From a virus (taxonomy: Duplodnaviria > Heunggongvirae > Uroviricota > Caudoviricetes), in IMG/VR virus record IMGVR_UViG_3300045988_014135: a stretch of DNA of 44,178 bases; one strand, given 5' to 3'. Under the pieces are notes generated by a model. It was not told the DNA's origin, searched no databases, and saw only the letters and a program-made list of their open reading frames with translations. Made by a program: the position numbers and the translations under genes. Positions 16,322-25,471 of the stretch are shown here, one piece after another. Position 1 is the first letter of the stretch, and each line of letters begins with the position of its first letter.

Positions 16322-16353
16322 TCAGCTCCACCAAACAAACAGGAGATATAAAA

Positions 16354-16536
16354 ATGCAACATTACATGACCCAGAATGAAGTAGCTGAGCGTATTGGGGT
16401 GACACGCCAGACAATTAATAACTGGTTGCGCAGTGGTAAATTCCCTGACTGCTGTATTAAAGTTATGGGTCGCCGTTTACCAGGAACATTTGACCGTAAT
16501 AAAGTTGAAGCGTGGATTAAGGAGAATGTGAAATGA
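16354..16536 (+). CDS. AlpA/Xis-like HTH DNA-binding protein
   Basis: MTQNEVAERIGVTRQTINNWLRSGKFP...RNKVEAWI pattern; start at ATG 16354 after AGGAG. Confidence 0.6.
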   Translation: MQHYMTQNEVAERIGVTRQTINNWLRSGKFPDCCIKVMGRRLPGTFDRNKVEAWIKENVK

Positions 16537-16823
16537 AAGGTGTAATTTTCCACAATAAAGCAGAAAACGAAGTGTATATGGTTCACTCCGTGGTTGGAGA
16601 GTTCGCCCTATGCTTCAACATCTCTTGCCACCTTGATACCTACCGGCCTTTCTGCGTAGAAACAGAAATGAAGCTAATTAGCTTACGCCAGCTAAGCACC
16701 ATGTCGGCGTCGCTTAACGTAAGAGATAATCTCGGGTATATCGACTTCTATTTCGGCGATGATTTGGTCGAGGAATATTTTGAAGAGTATAAAAATTTGC
16801 TGGAAGAGTTGGCTAAACGGTAA
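16533..16823 (+). CDS. hypothetical protein
   Basis: 96-aa ORF, start overlaps upstream stop. Confidence 0.5.
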   Translation: MKGVIFHNKAENEVYMVHSVVGEFALCFNISCHLDTYRPFCVETEMKLISLRQLSTMSASLNVRDNLGYIDFYFGDDLVEEYFEEYKNLLEELAKR

Positions 16824-16892
16824 AAAGAAACCCCAATGCTAGAACGTCGGGGCCGAAGCACAAATCATCAAAGTAAGCACAAGGATTATACA

Positions 16893-17021
16893 ATGACGAA
16901 GTTAATAGTTCCACAGTTGCGCCGCCAGAAACACGGCGCTGATTTCTTCGCACCGGTAAAGATGAACCGCGCAATGCGTCGTATGCAGGAAGCCTTAGAA
17001 CGCGCGGAGAAAAAGAAATGA
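16893..17021 (+). CDS. small hypothetical protein
   Basis: 42 aa from internal ATG 16893; stop overlaps primase start. Confidence 0.35.
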   Translation: MTKLIVPQLRRQKHGADFFAPVKMNRAMRRMQEALERAEKKK

Positions 17022-19225
17022 ATATTGTTTTTGCAACGCTGCGTAACACTTTCGATAAAAACCCGGTAGCCCGTGAAATGCCACTGGAGCAGTTTGTAGA
17101 GTATGTCTGCGATACATCGAAGCGCCTGTCCGTAGACCCGTCATGGACTAAGGAAGAGTACGACGCGGCCAAGATTAAGCAGAAAGCTATTGCGCCGGTT
17201 GGCGGTCGCCGTAAGAACGCGATTCTGGAAGACAGTGTGGTTAAGTTCGATTTCGACCATCTAAACCGTACCCAGTACCGCGACCTCACCCGCAAATTCA
17301 AGAACGCGCCGTTCTTCAATATTCTGCACACAACGGCGTCGCACCAGCACGCGTGTAAAAACGGTGACTACGCTTTCCGCGTTCTTGTACCGGCCCGCAC
17401 GCCGTTTAACTCTAACGACGCGTGGATGGTGCAACGTGCTATTTGTGCTGAGTTAGAAATAGACGAAGCATTGCGCGACCACTGCACAGAAGATGGCAAC
17501 CGCCTTATCTACCTGCCGCATAAAGAGTCGAAGATAACGGTTACAGAAGGGCGTGTTATCCGTGCCGAGCGGTACATCAAGAAAGCCGAAGAAATGGGGT
17601 TGCGTAAGCGTGAAGCTAAGACCCTTGCTGCCGATGAGCATGGGCTTAACGCGGATATAGCGCATTTCTGCGAAGCGGAGCTTGGCCTTGACGCTTTATC
17701 TTCCGGTCGCGGGTACGAAGTGCCTTGCCCTAACGAACACCTGCACACCGGCAAAGGCTCCACCAGCATCATGCTCGACGGTAAAGAAGTGCGCTTCGTG
17801 TGCCAGCACACAAACAACGGTGCTTGCACTGAGCTTAACCGCCGACAACATTTGGCCCTGCGTATGTGCGGCCTTCCGGACGAGCTTAACGTAGACAAGC
17901 AACCTATCAGTATTAACAGCATTCGTGCGGCTCTGCCTGATTTACCGGATGAAGAGATTGAAGAACTGCACCGCACAGAGAACGAGGAGCCTGTAACTTG
18001 TACACTGGAAGACCTTGAAGACGATGACGAGTTACCTGAACCGGTAAAGGCTGATTTCGTCGTTGAAGGGTACATGCCGTCGGATTGCATCTGGGACATC
18101 GTCGGGGAATCCGGCACATATAAATCATTCTATACGCTGGGTATGATGTACCTGAGCGCCGCAGGGTACCGGTTTGCAGGCGCTGATACACAGCGTTGCC
18201 ACCATTTCTATATTGACGGTGAGGGCGGTGCTGCCACACGCACCCGTATTGATGCACTCGCGGCTAAATACGGCGAGGAAGGTAAAGATTATGTACATGT
18301 CATCGATATGGGCGAAGTTGGCAAACTGAAAAGCCTGATTAAGCTAATGCGAGAAACTGCGGGTGGCGAACCCATCGGCATGGTCGCGTTCGATACTCTC
18401 AACCAGACACTGGCCCTGACGATTGATAAGTTCGACGAGAACAGTTCATCAACGGCAATCGGCATGGGTAAAGTTATCGCCATCCTTAAAGAAGTACGTG
18501 ACGCAACTAAAGCCGCGGTGGGCGTCGTCCACCATACACCGAAGGGCGGAAAGAAAGCCCGTGGCAGCGGGGCGCTGTATGCGGGTGTCGATGTGGAACT
18601 GACAATAGAACGTGCAACCGACCGTCAGATAAACGTATACCACTCGAAATTTAAGCACGGGCCTCAACAGAAAACGGTTGGCATGGTGCTGGAGTCCGTA
18701 CAGTTCCGTGAAGCGCCGCCGCCGAAAGAGTACCGCGCGGTTGAGTTCCTGGGCAGCACAGAGGAATACGGCACAATCGTAAACCTCGACCTGCCGGAAC
18801 CACACAAGGCGCTTGTTCTGATGCCGTGGGGCTTCGAGCCGTTCAAAACTGACGAGGAGAAAGAGCGGGAAGAAGGGTTAACTAACGAAGGTAAACAAAA
18901 AGTAAAGGAAGAAGTTAAACGCGGCAGGGATGAAGTAAGGAAGGAGTCGATACTTTCGGCACTGGAAGACCTGCAACAGTCAGATGACACAGGTCGCGGT
19001 TTTACTCAGCAGCAGATAGTGGCCCGTTCCGGTGACTTTTCTGTGACTAACACCCATCTTGATAAAATGCTGAAAGATGGTGAACTAATGCTAGGCTGTG
19101 ATGCTAATGGCGAAGTAGTACCGAGAACGTATCGTATACCTGAAAGAATAGGGGATAGATTAAGGCCGAAGACAATATACGAACCGAATGAAATGCTAGT
19201 GGTTACTGAGGAAGATTTGGAATAG
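17018..19225 (+). CDS. replication primase/helicase (N-terminal primase-like region, C-terminal P-loop/RecA-like NTPase)
   Basis: 735 aa; NTPase block VGESGTYKSF...FYIDGEGG...MVAFDTLNQ...VVHHTPKGG resembles RepA/AAA_25-type helicases; first large gene of the replication module. Confidence 0.55.
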   Translation: MNIVFATLRNTFDKNPVAREMPLEQFVEYVCDTSKRLSVDPSWTKEEYDAAKIKQKAIAPVGGRRKNAILEDSVVKFDFDHLNRTQYRDLTRKFKNAPFFNILHTTASHQHACKNGDYAFRVLVPARTPFNSNDAWMVQRAICAELEIDEALRDHCTEDGNRLIYLPHKESKITVTEGRVIRAERYIKKAEEMGLRKREAKTLAADEHGLNADIAHFCEAELGLDALSSGRGYEVPCPNEHLHTGKGSTSIMLDGKEVRFVCQHTNNGACTELNRRQHLALRMCGLPDELNVDKQPISINSIRAALPDLPDEEIEELHRTENEEPVTCTLEDLEDDDELPEPVKADFVVEGYMPSDCIWDIVGESGTYKSFYTLGMMYLSAAGYRFAGADTQRCHHFYIDGEGGAATRTRIDALAAKYGEEGKDYVHVIDMGEVGKLKSLIKLMRETAGGEPIGMVAFDTLNQTLALTIDKFDENSSSTAIGMGKVIAILKEVRDATKAAVGVVHHTPKGGKKARGSGALYAGVDVELTIERATDRQINVYHSKFKHGPQQKTVGMVLESVQFREAPPPKEYRAVEFLGSTEEYGTIVNLDLPEPHKALVLMPWGFEPFKTDEEKEREEGLTNEGKQKVKEEVKRGRDEVRKESILSALEDLQQSDDTGRGFTQQQIVARSGDFSVTNTHLDKMLKDGELMLGCDANGEVVPRTYRIPERIGDRLRPKTIYEPNEMLVVTEEDLE

Positions 19226-19253
19226 GTAAAAAGAAAGGGGCGTTAAGCCCCTT
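19226..19253 (-). terminator. intrinsic terminator after the XRE gene
   Basis: GGGG/CCCC stem with 7-nt loop, U-rich tail on minus strand. Confidence 0.55.
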
Positions 19254-19458
19254 CACCGAACGCCAGCCACTTGGCGTCTACTTCCAGCACTTCCGCCAGT
19301 TTAAACAGCGTCGCCGGGCGGACGTCCTGAGTCACCCCAAGCGCAAGCTGGTTAATAGCGCCCTGGGAAACGCCCGCCAGAACAGCCAGACGGCGCTGGG
19401 AGATGCCGAGTTCTTTACGGCGTTGTTCTACACGGATACCTAGTTCAGATGGTTGCAT
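19243..19458 (-). CDS. XRE-family (Cro/CI-type) HTH transcriptional regulator
   Basis: 71 aa; LGISQRRLAVLAGVSQGAINQLALG helix-turn-helix; AAGGAG RBS; divergent from 19583 gene. Confidence 0.7.
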   Translation of the reverse strand: MQPSELGIRVEQRRKELGISQRRLAVLAGVSQGAINQLALGVTQDVRPATLFKLAEVLEVDAKWLAFGEGA

Positions 19459-19489
19459 GTCAATTACTCCTTAGTCAGTTGATATGTGA

Positions 19490-19518
19490 ATAGTACCATA
19501 TTAATTATTTTAGAAAAG
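19490..19518 (-). promoter_or_regulatory. promoter of the XRE regulator gene with degenerate dyad
   Basis: Minus-strand -10 TACTAT at 19495-19490; dyad 19489..19502 has one half-site mismatch (AATAT); weak -35. Confidence 0.5.
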
Positions 19519-19522
19519 CCCA

Positions 19523-19551
19523 TTGACAAGTGAATAGTTCGCTATTATAGT
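19523..19551 (+). promoter_or_regulatory. promoter TTGACA-N17-TATAGT with dyad AATAGTTCGCTATT
   Basis: -35 19523-19528, -10 19546-19551; dyad 19533..19546 inside the spacer. Confidence 0.65.
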
Positions 19552-19582
19552 TAGCCTATACCAAACGAGAGGAGAGAAACAA

Positions 19583-20083
19583 ATGTTAGAACAGTTCTTA
19601 AAATTACTGGAGCGTTTCGTAGTTGCCCATGAACTGATTGCGGCGAACAGTGCGAAACAAGTTGTTCATGCCGCCGCGCCGCTGGAAGTAGAGACGGTAG
19701 TGTATACCGAAGAATCAGCTTCCGAGTGCGAAGAAGAAACAACAAAAGAAATCACGGTTGAAGGTGAAGACGTCGTTGACACTAAACCTGCGGAGGAAGA
19801 GAAGCCGAAACGCAAGCCGCGTAAAGCTAAAGTAGAGGAACCAACGCCAGAGCCGGAAGAAGAGAAGGAAGAAGTCGATTACCAGTCTCTGCGTGACCAG
19901 ATTCAGGCTATCGACGATGCAATTAACGAAGGCCCGAGCAATGCCGCGTGTGACGATTCGGATGAACTGCTAGAAGAGTTCACCGGCAAGAAGATGAAGA
20001 TTGCCGCGATTAAAGACGAAGACCTGGCCGAGTACCTGGAACGCCTGACGGCAATCAAGAACAAGTATTTCAAAGAAGAATAA
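19583..20083 (+). CDS. highly acidic protein (function unknown)
   Basis: 166 aa, long Glu/Asp runs (EPTPEPEEEKEE), one basic patch KPKRKPRKAK. Confidence 0.5.
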   Translation: MLEQFLKLLERFVVAHELIAANSAKQVVHAAAPLEVETVVYTEESASECEEETTKEITVEGEDVVDTKPAEEEKPKRKPRKAKVEEPTPEPEEEKEEVDYQSLRDQIQAIDDAINEGPSNAACDDSDELLEEFTGKKMKIAAIKDEDLAEYLERLTAIKNKYFKEE

Positions 20084-20088
20084 CTATC

Positions 20089-20110
20089 TCGCGGCCTTCG
20101 GGCCGCTTTA
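20089..20110 (+). terminator. weak intrinsic terminator / attenuator
   Basis: Stem GCGGCC/GGCCGC, loop TTCG, short T-run. Confidence 0.4.
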
Positions 20111-20126
20111 ACTGAGGGTCGGAATT

Positions 20127-20399
20127 ATGATTTACCAACTCTACCGCGCCGTTGACAGGCGGGATAACATAGAGGCGTTATGGCTGTTGCGTGCGCCGTC
20201 CGGTGCACACCAGATGGAAGAGATGGCGTACTTAGGAAAAGTACCACGGCCTAAAGATATAGGCCGTCACGTGTCGCAGATTAAGCGCACGACTTTTGCC
20301 AAGCCTGACTTTTATGTCTTCGAGTCGATGTATGGGTGGGCTATGCACTGCGACCATAAGACACGACATTTAATTGACCAGTGGGAGAGCAGGGTATGA
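20127..20399 (+). CDS. hypothetical protein
   Basis: 90-aa ORF; stop overlaps next start. Confidence 0.45.
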   Translation: MIYQLYRAVDRRDNIEALWLLRAPSGAHQMEEMAYLGKVPRPKDIGRHVSQIKRTTFAKPDFYVFESMYGWAMHCDHKTRHLIDQWESRV

Positions 20400-21637
20400 T
20401 TCTAAAAGAACGCGGTGGCAATAACGACGTACACGCATTACTGTCGCCATCCGGTGCTAAAAAGTGGCTTACCTGCGCCGCATCGCTGGCCTGTGAAAAA
20501 GACATTCCAAATACGTCAGGTAAAGCCGCCGTATTGGGTACCGCCATGCACACCATAGCTGAGATGCACTTAAACCAGTACATCAAAGGCACTGCGCTGC
20601 CGTTAGAGCGTGAAGTCGGCGCTTACGTGCTGGATGAAGGTAAAGGCCAGATTAAGGCGCTAATCAGCCCGATGAAAGGCGCGGTACTGATTACGGCGGA
20701 TATGATTGAGCAAGTGCGCAAGTATACCGACTACTGCAAAGCGATTATCGATGTAGCGACTTACGCCAAGCTGGAAATGCGGGTAAATCTTACCGAGGTA
20801 TTGCATCCGGGCTACGAAGGCGTTGAGACATTCGGAACCGCTGACCTTGTTGCCGTTCAGGAACTGGCGAACACCGAAGAGCACATGCTCATTATTGGCG
20901 ACCTGAAAACAGGACGGCATCGTGTCGAAGCGAAAGAAAACAAGCAGCTTATGCTTTACGCGCTGGGTGTTTATCGCCGACTAAAGCGACGTTATAGCAT
21001 AACAACCGTTCGTCTGGTCATCTTCCAGCCTTACGCTGGGGGCGCGTCAGAGTGGGACATCTCGGTTGAGGGCCTTGAACTGTTCGCTAAGTTTGCGCAG
21101 AAACGCGCGCTGTTGGCCCTTGATGCTTATTCCCGCGGCAAGAAGAACCTGAAAGCGTCGGACTTCAAGCCGTCTGTCGATGGTTGTCAGTGGTGTCGGT
21201 TCTCTGAACAATGCGCTGCGCGTACAAAAACCGTTAACTCGGTACTGGCGGAAGAACTGGAAGACGATTTTGCGCTGGAACTTACGCCGGAGCAACTCGT
21301 AGCTGAGTATGAGAAGTTGCCGTTGTTGCGCCAGCACATCGACAAGGTTGAGAAAGCTATGGCCGCCGCGTTGCATTCCGGTAAGAAAGTGCCAGGGTAC
21401 AAACTGGTTGAAGGTCGTCCTGGTAATCGTGCGTGGAAAGATGCGGAGAAAGTAGCAGAACTCTACGGCGACAAGCTGACTAAAGAAGTGCTCATGTCAC
21501 CTACCGAAGCTGTTAAAGTCATACCGGAAGAAGAACTGAAAGACTTCATTACCCGTAAGCCCGGCGCGCCATGCGTCACAACGGCGGATGACAAACGTCC
21601 TGAGTGGAATCAGGTTAGTGAAGAAGATTTGGAATAA
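20396..21637 (+). CDS. Cas4-like PD-(D/E)XK exonuclease (DUF2800-type)
   Basis: Nuclease core ...FGTADLVAV...IIGDLKTGR...QLMLYALG and C-terminal Cys cluster CQWCRFSEQC; start at ATG 20396 after GGGAGAG. Confidence 0.65.
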   Translation: MILKERGGNNDVHALLSPSGAKKWLTCAASLACEKDIPNTSGKAAVLGTAMHTIAEMHLNQYIKGTALPLEREVGAYVLDEGKGQIKALISPMKGAVLITADMIEQVRKYTDYCKAIIDVATYAKLEMRVNLTEVLHPGYEGVETFGTADLVAVQELANTEEHMLIIGDLKTGRHRVEAKENKQLMLYALGVYRRLKRRYSITTVRLVIFQPYAGGASEWDISVEGLELFAKFAQKRALLALDAYSRGKKNLKASDFKPSVDGCQWCRFSEQCAARTKTVNSVLAEELEDDFALELTPEQLVAEYEKLPLLRQHIDKVEKAMAAALHSGKKVPGYKLVEGRPGNRAWKDAEKVAELYGDKLTKEVLMSPTEAVKVIPEEELKDFITRKPGAPCVTTADDKRPEWNQVSEEDLE

Positions 21638-21641
21638 AGTG

Positions 21642-21670
21642 TTGACACCTGAATAGTTAGCTATTATATT
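21642..21670 (+). promoter_or_regulatory. promoter TTGACA-N17-TATATT with dyad AATAGTTAGCTATT
   Basis: -35 21642-21647, -10 21665-21670; dyad 21652..21665. Confidence 0.65.
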
Positions 21671-21726
21671 TCTAATCACTGGCCGGGCAGCTTCCCGGAG
21701 TAAACTGAAAACTGAGGAATCGAGAT

Positions 21727-22353
21727 ATGGGTATTAAACTGAATCTGCGTAAAGTAAACACTGCATGGGTTAACGTATTTGAACGCGAAAAAGACCGTGA
21801 AAACGATGACGGCTCAATCACTAAAGGCCAGTACAGCGCAACGATTATCATGCCGCCGGACCATGCTCAAATCGACGCGCTCTACGACACTGTTTACGCT
21901 GTAGTCGAAGAAGCATTGGGTGCCGCCGCTGCCGAAAAATGGATGAAGTCTAACTACGGCGAAGGTAAGCACATGGATAAATGTGCGATTAAAGATATTG
22001 CTGAGCGCGACAATCCGTTTGAAGACTTCCCGGAAGGCTTCTACTTCAAAGCGAAGGCTCAGAAACAGCCACTGATTGTAACCTCTAAAAAAGGTGAGAC
22101 TCAGGTAGAACAGGACTTCAACGTAGACGGCGAACAGATTGAAGGGGAACAGGTTTACAGCGGCTGCGTTGCTAACGTAAGCGTCGAAATCTGGTTCAGC
22201 CAGAAATACAAAGTCCTCGGCGTCAATCTGCTGGCGATTAAATACGTTGGTGAAGGTAAAGCGTTTGGTGGTTCTAAAGTTGCTGCGAGCGTCGATGACC
22301 TGGAAGACGACGAAGAAGACGAAGCACCGCGCCGCGAACGTCGCCGCCGCTAA
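21727..22353 (+). CDS. ssDNA-binding protein candidate (DUF2815-like)
   Basis: 208 aa between Cas4-like nuclease and PolA, a position where DUF2815 SSB-like genes commonly sit; acidic C-terminal region DDLEDDEEDE. Confidence 0.45.
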   Translation: MGIKLNLRKVNTAWVNVFEREKDRENDDGSITKGQYSATIIMPPDHAQIDALYDTVYAVVEEALGAAAAEKWMKSNYGEGKHMDKCAIKDIAERDNPFEDFPEGFYFKAKAQKQPLIVTSKKGETQVEQDFNVDGEQIEGEQVYSGCVANVSVEIWFSQKYKVLGVNLLAIKYVGEGKAFGGSKVAASVDDLEDDEEDEAPRRERRRR

Positions 22354-22372
22354 TATCTGAATCAATTTAACT

Positions 22373-22397
22373 AGGGCCCTTCATTGGGCCTTTTTAC
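22373..22397 (+). terminator. intrinsic terminator
   Basis: Stem AGGGCCC/GGGCCT, loop TTCATT, T5 run. Confidence 0.65.
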
Positions 22398-22414
22398 TAA
22401 GGGTCGAAAATAAT

Positions 22415-24613
22415 ATGCCTAATCTATTGTATCTGGATACTGAGACATTCTCTGAAGCGGACTTAAAGAAAGTCGGATCGTATGCGTACGCGGAGCATCC
22501 GACAACCGAGATTATAATTTGTACATATGCCATTGATGATGGGCCCGTAGAAGTATGGGATTGCACTTCCGAACCGGTAATGCCAATAAGCCTCCGCATT
22601 GCGCTGCGCAATGTTATGCGCGGACGTATGAGAATTGTAGGTCATAACTTTTTAATGTTCGACAGGCTTGTTATGAAGCACTGCTGGGGCGTTGATATCA
22701 AGCCAAGAAACACCATTGACACGATGATTAGAGCGTTTCGTCACGCGTTGCCGGGTTCACTTGACGCATTGTGCGAAGTGCTGGGCGTATCTGCGGACAA
22801 CGCGAAAGACAAACGCGGTAAAGCACTGATTCAGCGTTTTTCTAAACCGACGCCGAAGAACTACAAAATCCGCCGTTACACCGCCGAAACTCACCCAGAT
22901 GAGTGGGCGCTGTTCATCAAGTACGCCGTGAGCGACATCACTGCGATGCGTGAAGTCTTCCATAAGCTGCCGCGTTGGGGTAACTCCGAGTTCGAAGACC
23001 GTGTACTGGAACTTGACCAGTTAATCAACGACCGCGGGTTTAAGGTTGATGTGGCGCTGGCGGAAGCTGCGATTGAGGCCGTAGAGAAACACAAGGCGCA
23101 GTTGCAGGAAGAAGCCCAACGCAAATACGGCGGCTCGCTAACTGGCAAAGACTTTCTACCTATTCTGCGGGAACTGGCCCCCGCGCACCGTATTCATAAC
23201 GCGCAGAAGTCGACACTCAATGACCTGCTGGCGGATGATGATTTGCCAGATGACGCCCGCACGATTATCGAAATGCGCCTCGGGGCCGCGTCTACAGCAT
23301 CGACGAAATATAACCCGCTGCTGCTGGGTCGCTCGTCGGACGACCGTCGTCGCGGTTGCTTGCAGTACGGCGGGGCAAAACGCACTTTGCGATGGGCGGG
23401 TAAAGGCTTCCAGCCGCAGAACCTGGCGCGCGGGTACTATCACGATGATGAACTGGATAAAGGCATTTCAGCGTTACTTAAGGGCCGTGCGCATCGCCGT
23501 TTTGATGTGGCCAAGCTAACGGCATCTACGGTTCGTAGCTGCATTATCCCGGAAGCCGGGCATAAGTTTGTCGTCGCCGATTACTCTAACGTTGAGGGTC
23601 GTGGGCTTGCGTGGCTGGCGGGCGAAGAAACCGCGCTCGATACGTTCCGCGCCGGACTGGATATTTACTGCGTAACCGCGGGCAAGATGTTTGGTATGGA
23701 CCCTGATGACATTAAGAAAAACTTCAAGGAAATCAGACAGATAGGCAAAGCATGCGAACTGGGTCTCGGCTACGAGGGCGGCGTCGGAGCGTTCGTTACG
23801 TTCGCCAAAAACTTAGGCCTCGACCTTATTGAGATGGCAAAAACAATGGACGGGACTTTCCCCGACCACATCTGGGCTGCTACCGCACGTGGGTATGAGT
23901 GGGCGCGTATTCAGGAAGCCAAGCGACCACCGCATCCCGGTGAAAAGGATGACCGACCATCATATATTCTGGACAAGAAAGTGTGGCGCACATGTGATGC
24001 AATCAAGCGTATGTGGCGCGAGTCACACCCGGAAACAGTAGCGTTCTGGCGCGACCTTAAAGATGGAATTTTAGCCGCTGTTCGTAATCCTGGTCGTGAA
24101 TTTTGGGCCGGGGCACACTTGCGCCGGAATGGTGAAAGGGCTATCCGCATATGGCGTACCGTAGAATTTGATTCGTCGGGCAGGAAGGTTCCTGGCTGGT
24201 GGTTGTGTATGGAGTTGCCGTCAGGCCGTATCCTCTCGTATCCGGGAATCGGCGTTAGTGTGACAAAGGAAACAGACGAAGACGGACGGGTAAACACGAA
24301 TGTGCGAATCAAGTATCAGGGTGAAAACCAGTTAACCCGCCAATGGACTACCCTGTACACCCACGGCGGCAAAGCCTGCGAAAACATTGTTCAGGCGCTG
24401 TGCCGTGATTTACTCGCATATGCGATGATTAATGTTGAGGGTGGCGGGTATCCCATCGTGCTTTCGGTACACGATGAACTGGTGTGTGAAACTCCGGATA
24501 CCCCAGAGTACACGGTGGCCGAACTGGAAAAATTAATGTGTTCTCTGCCTGAGTGGGCAGAAGGCTTCCCTCTTGTCGCGGAAGGTGCGGAGATGAAGCG
24601 CTATGCTAAGTAA
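22415..24613 (+). CDS. DNA polymerase I (family A) with 3'-5' exonuclease domain
   Basis: Exo motif LYLDTETFSE; polymerase motif A DYSNVEGRGLAWLAGE, motif B RQIGKACELGLGYEGG, motif C VHDELV. Confidence 0.85.
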   Translation: MPNLLYLDTETFSEADLKKVGSYAYAEHPTTEIIICTYAIDDGPVEVWDCTSEPVMPISLRIALRNVMRGRMRIVGHNFLMFDRLVMKHCWGVDIKPRNTIDTMIRAFRHALPGSLDALCEVLGVSADNAKDKRGKALIQRFSKPTPKNYKIRRYTAETHPDEWALFIKYAVSDITAMREVFHKLPRWGNSEFEDRVLELDQLINDRGFKVDVALAEAAIEAVEKHKAQLQEEAQRKYGGSLTGKDFLPILRELAPAHRIHNAQKSTLNDLLADDDLPDDARTIIEMRLGAASTASTKYNPLLLGRSSDDRRRGCLQYGGAKRTLRWAGKGFQPQNLARGYYHDDELDKGISALLKGRAHRRFDVAKLTASTVRSCIIPEAGHKFVVADYSNVEGRGLAWLAGEETALDTFRAGLDIYCVTAGKMFGMDPDDIKKNFKEIRQIGKACELGLGYEGGVGAFVTFAKNLGLDLIEMAKTMDGTFPDHIWAATARGYEWARIQEAKRPPHPGEKDDRPSYILDKKVWRTCDAIKRMWRESHPETVAFWRDLKDGILAAVRNPGREFWAGAHLRRNGERAIRIWRTVEFDSSGRKVPGWWLCMELPSGRILSYPGIGVSVTKETDEDGRVNTNVRIKYQGENQLTRQWTTLYTHGGKACENIVQALCRDLLAYAMINVEGGGYPIVLSVHDELVCETPDTPEYTVAELEKLMCSLPEWAEGFPLVAEGAEMKRYAK

Positions 24614-24734
24614 ACTGATTATCGCGGTACTGGCGGGATTTGCCGCCGGTGTCTACTGTCACGAGGGCCAATACGGCATGATTGTCGCCGTATTATGCAT
24701 GTTTATCGCAATTTATCTGTGGGTGCTGGAATGA
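24603..24734 (+). CDS. small membrane protein
   Basis: 43 aa, two hydrophobic segments; hand translated, overlaps PolA stop. Confidence 0.3.
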   Translation: MLSKLIIAVLAGFAAGVYCHEGQYGMIVAVLCMFIAIYLWVLE

Positions 24735-24820
24735 AAATTTACTGGTTATACGAAGAAGACTGTCGAATCTGTCCGCGTTGCGGGATTGAGCATACGAAAC
24801 GTGAGGGGTGTGTATTATGA
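24731..24820 (+). CDS. micro-ORF with Cys motif (zinc-ribbon-like)
   Basis: 29 aa with CRICPRCG...EGC; overlapping starts/stops. Confidence 0.25.
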   Translation: MKIYWLYEEDCRICPRCGIEHTKREGCVL

Positions 24821-25011
24821 GTAACAAACCATTTAGTAAGAAACTAGCCGCGTTAGTGGATATGCCGGAATGGGAATTTATCATGGTAATGGGAGATGGG
24901 TTCTTTAGTGACGTTTGTGCCGGGTGTACGCACAAAGGCGTTTACTATTCGGAACACGACATCTATCAAGCGTACTTCCTGCGTAACCCAGATGCGGAGC
25001 CGTTGTTATGA
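24817..25011 (+). CDS. small hypothetical protein
   Basis: 64 aa from ATG 24817. Confidence 0.4.
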   Translation: MSNKPFSKKLAALVDMPEWEFIMVMGDGFFSDVCAGCTHKGVYYSEHDIYQAYFLRNPDAEPLL

Positions 25012-25160
25012 CGATGTTTGTATTTTGGTCGATAGTAACCATGCTCGCGCTGTTACTCAGTGCGGGAATAGCTTCGATGTTCTATTATGGCCTGTTCTTT
25101 AAGTTTGTTGGTGTTGCCGTTCTCGGCGGGGCTTTCATCACCTGGATTCTGCGCTCATGA
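25008..25160 (+). CDS. small membrane protein
   Basis: 50 aa with two hydrophobic helices; overlaps neighbours. Confidence 0.35.
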   Translation: MTMFVFWSIVTMLALLLSAGIASMFYYGLFFKFVGVAVLGGAFITWILRS

Positions 25161-25441
25161 CCCCGGAGGGCAAGATTCAGAAATACGCAAAAGAGCGATT
25201 CGAGGCCCTGGGGGGCCTCGTACGCAAATTGTCGTACGAAAATAGAGTGGGCGCTCCTGACCTGCTGGTAATTCTCCCCGGCGGCATCGTATGGTTCGTC
25301 GAGGTTAAGAAAGACGAAAATACGAAGCCTGACCTGCACCAGTTACGAGAGCACGAGCGGATGCGTAAACGTGGTGCAAATATTTTTGTCGTCGGGTCGT
25401 TCAAACAGGTTGACGACCTAATAGCGAACTATTATAGTTAG
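25157..25441 (+). CDS. VRR-NUC domain nuclease
   Basis: 94 aa with PD-(D/E)XK-like core DLLVILPGGIVWFVEVKKD. Confidence 0.6.
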   Translation: MTPEGKIQKYAKERFEALGGLVRKLSYENRVGAPDLLVILPGGIVWFVEVKKDENTKPDLHQLREHERMRKRGANIFVVGSFKQVDDLIANYYS

Positions 25442-25471
25442 TCCTACACCAACAATATAAGGAATTTAGAA

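Noticed and set aside
2628-16353. tRNA genes in the large intergenic regions (2628..3002, 11013..11533, 15881..16353)
   Set aside because: No cloverleaf-compatible arrangement or T-loop (GTTCRANYC-type) motif found by eye; a tRNAscan/ARAGORN run would be needed to be definitive.
17509-18117. 202-aa minus-strand ORF
   Set aside because: Antisense within the primase/helicase gene; Ser/Arg/Cys-rich; no independent support.
16354-19458. Lysogeny module (AlpA/Xis-like plus XRE repressor)
   Set aside because: No integrase, recombinase or attachment-site-like repeats anywhere in the window; the HTH proteins are more simply read as lytic-cycle transcription regulators.
21814-22365. 183-aa minus-strand ORF
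   Set aside because: Antisense to the SSB-like gene, which has a strong promoter, RBS and terminator.
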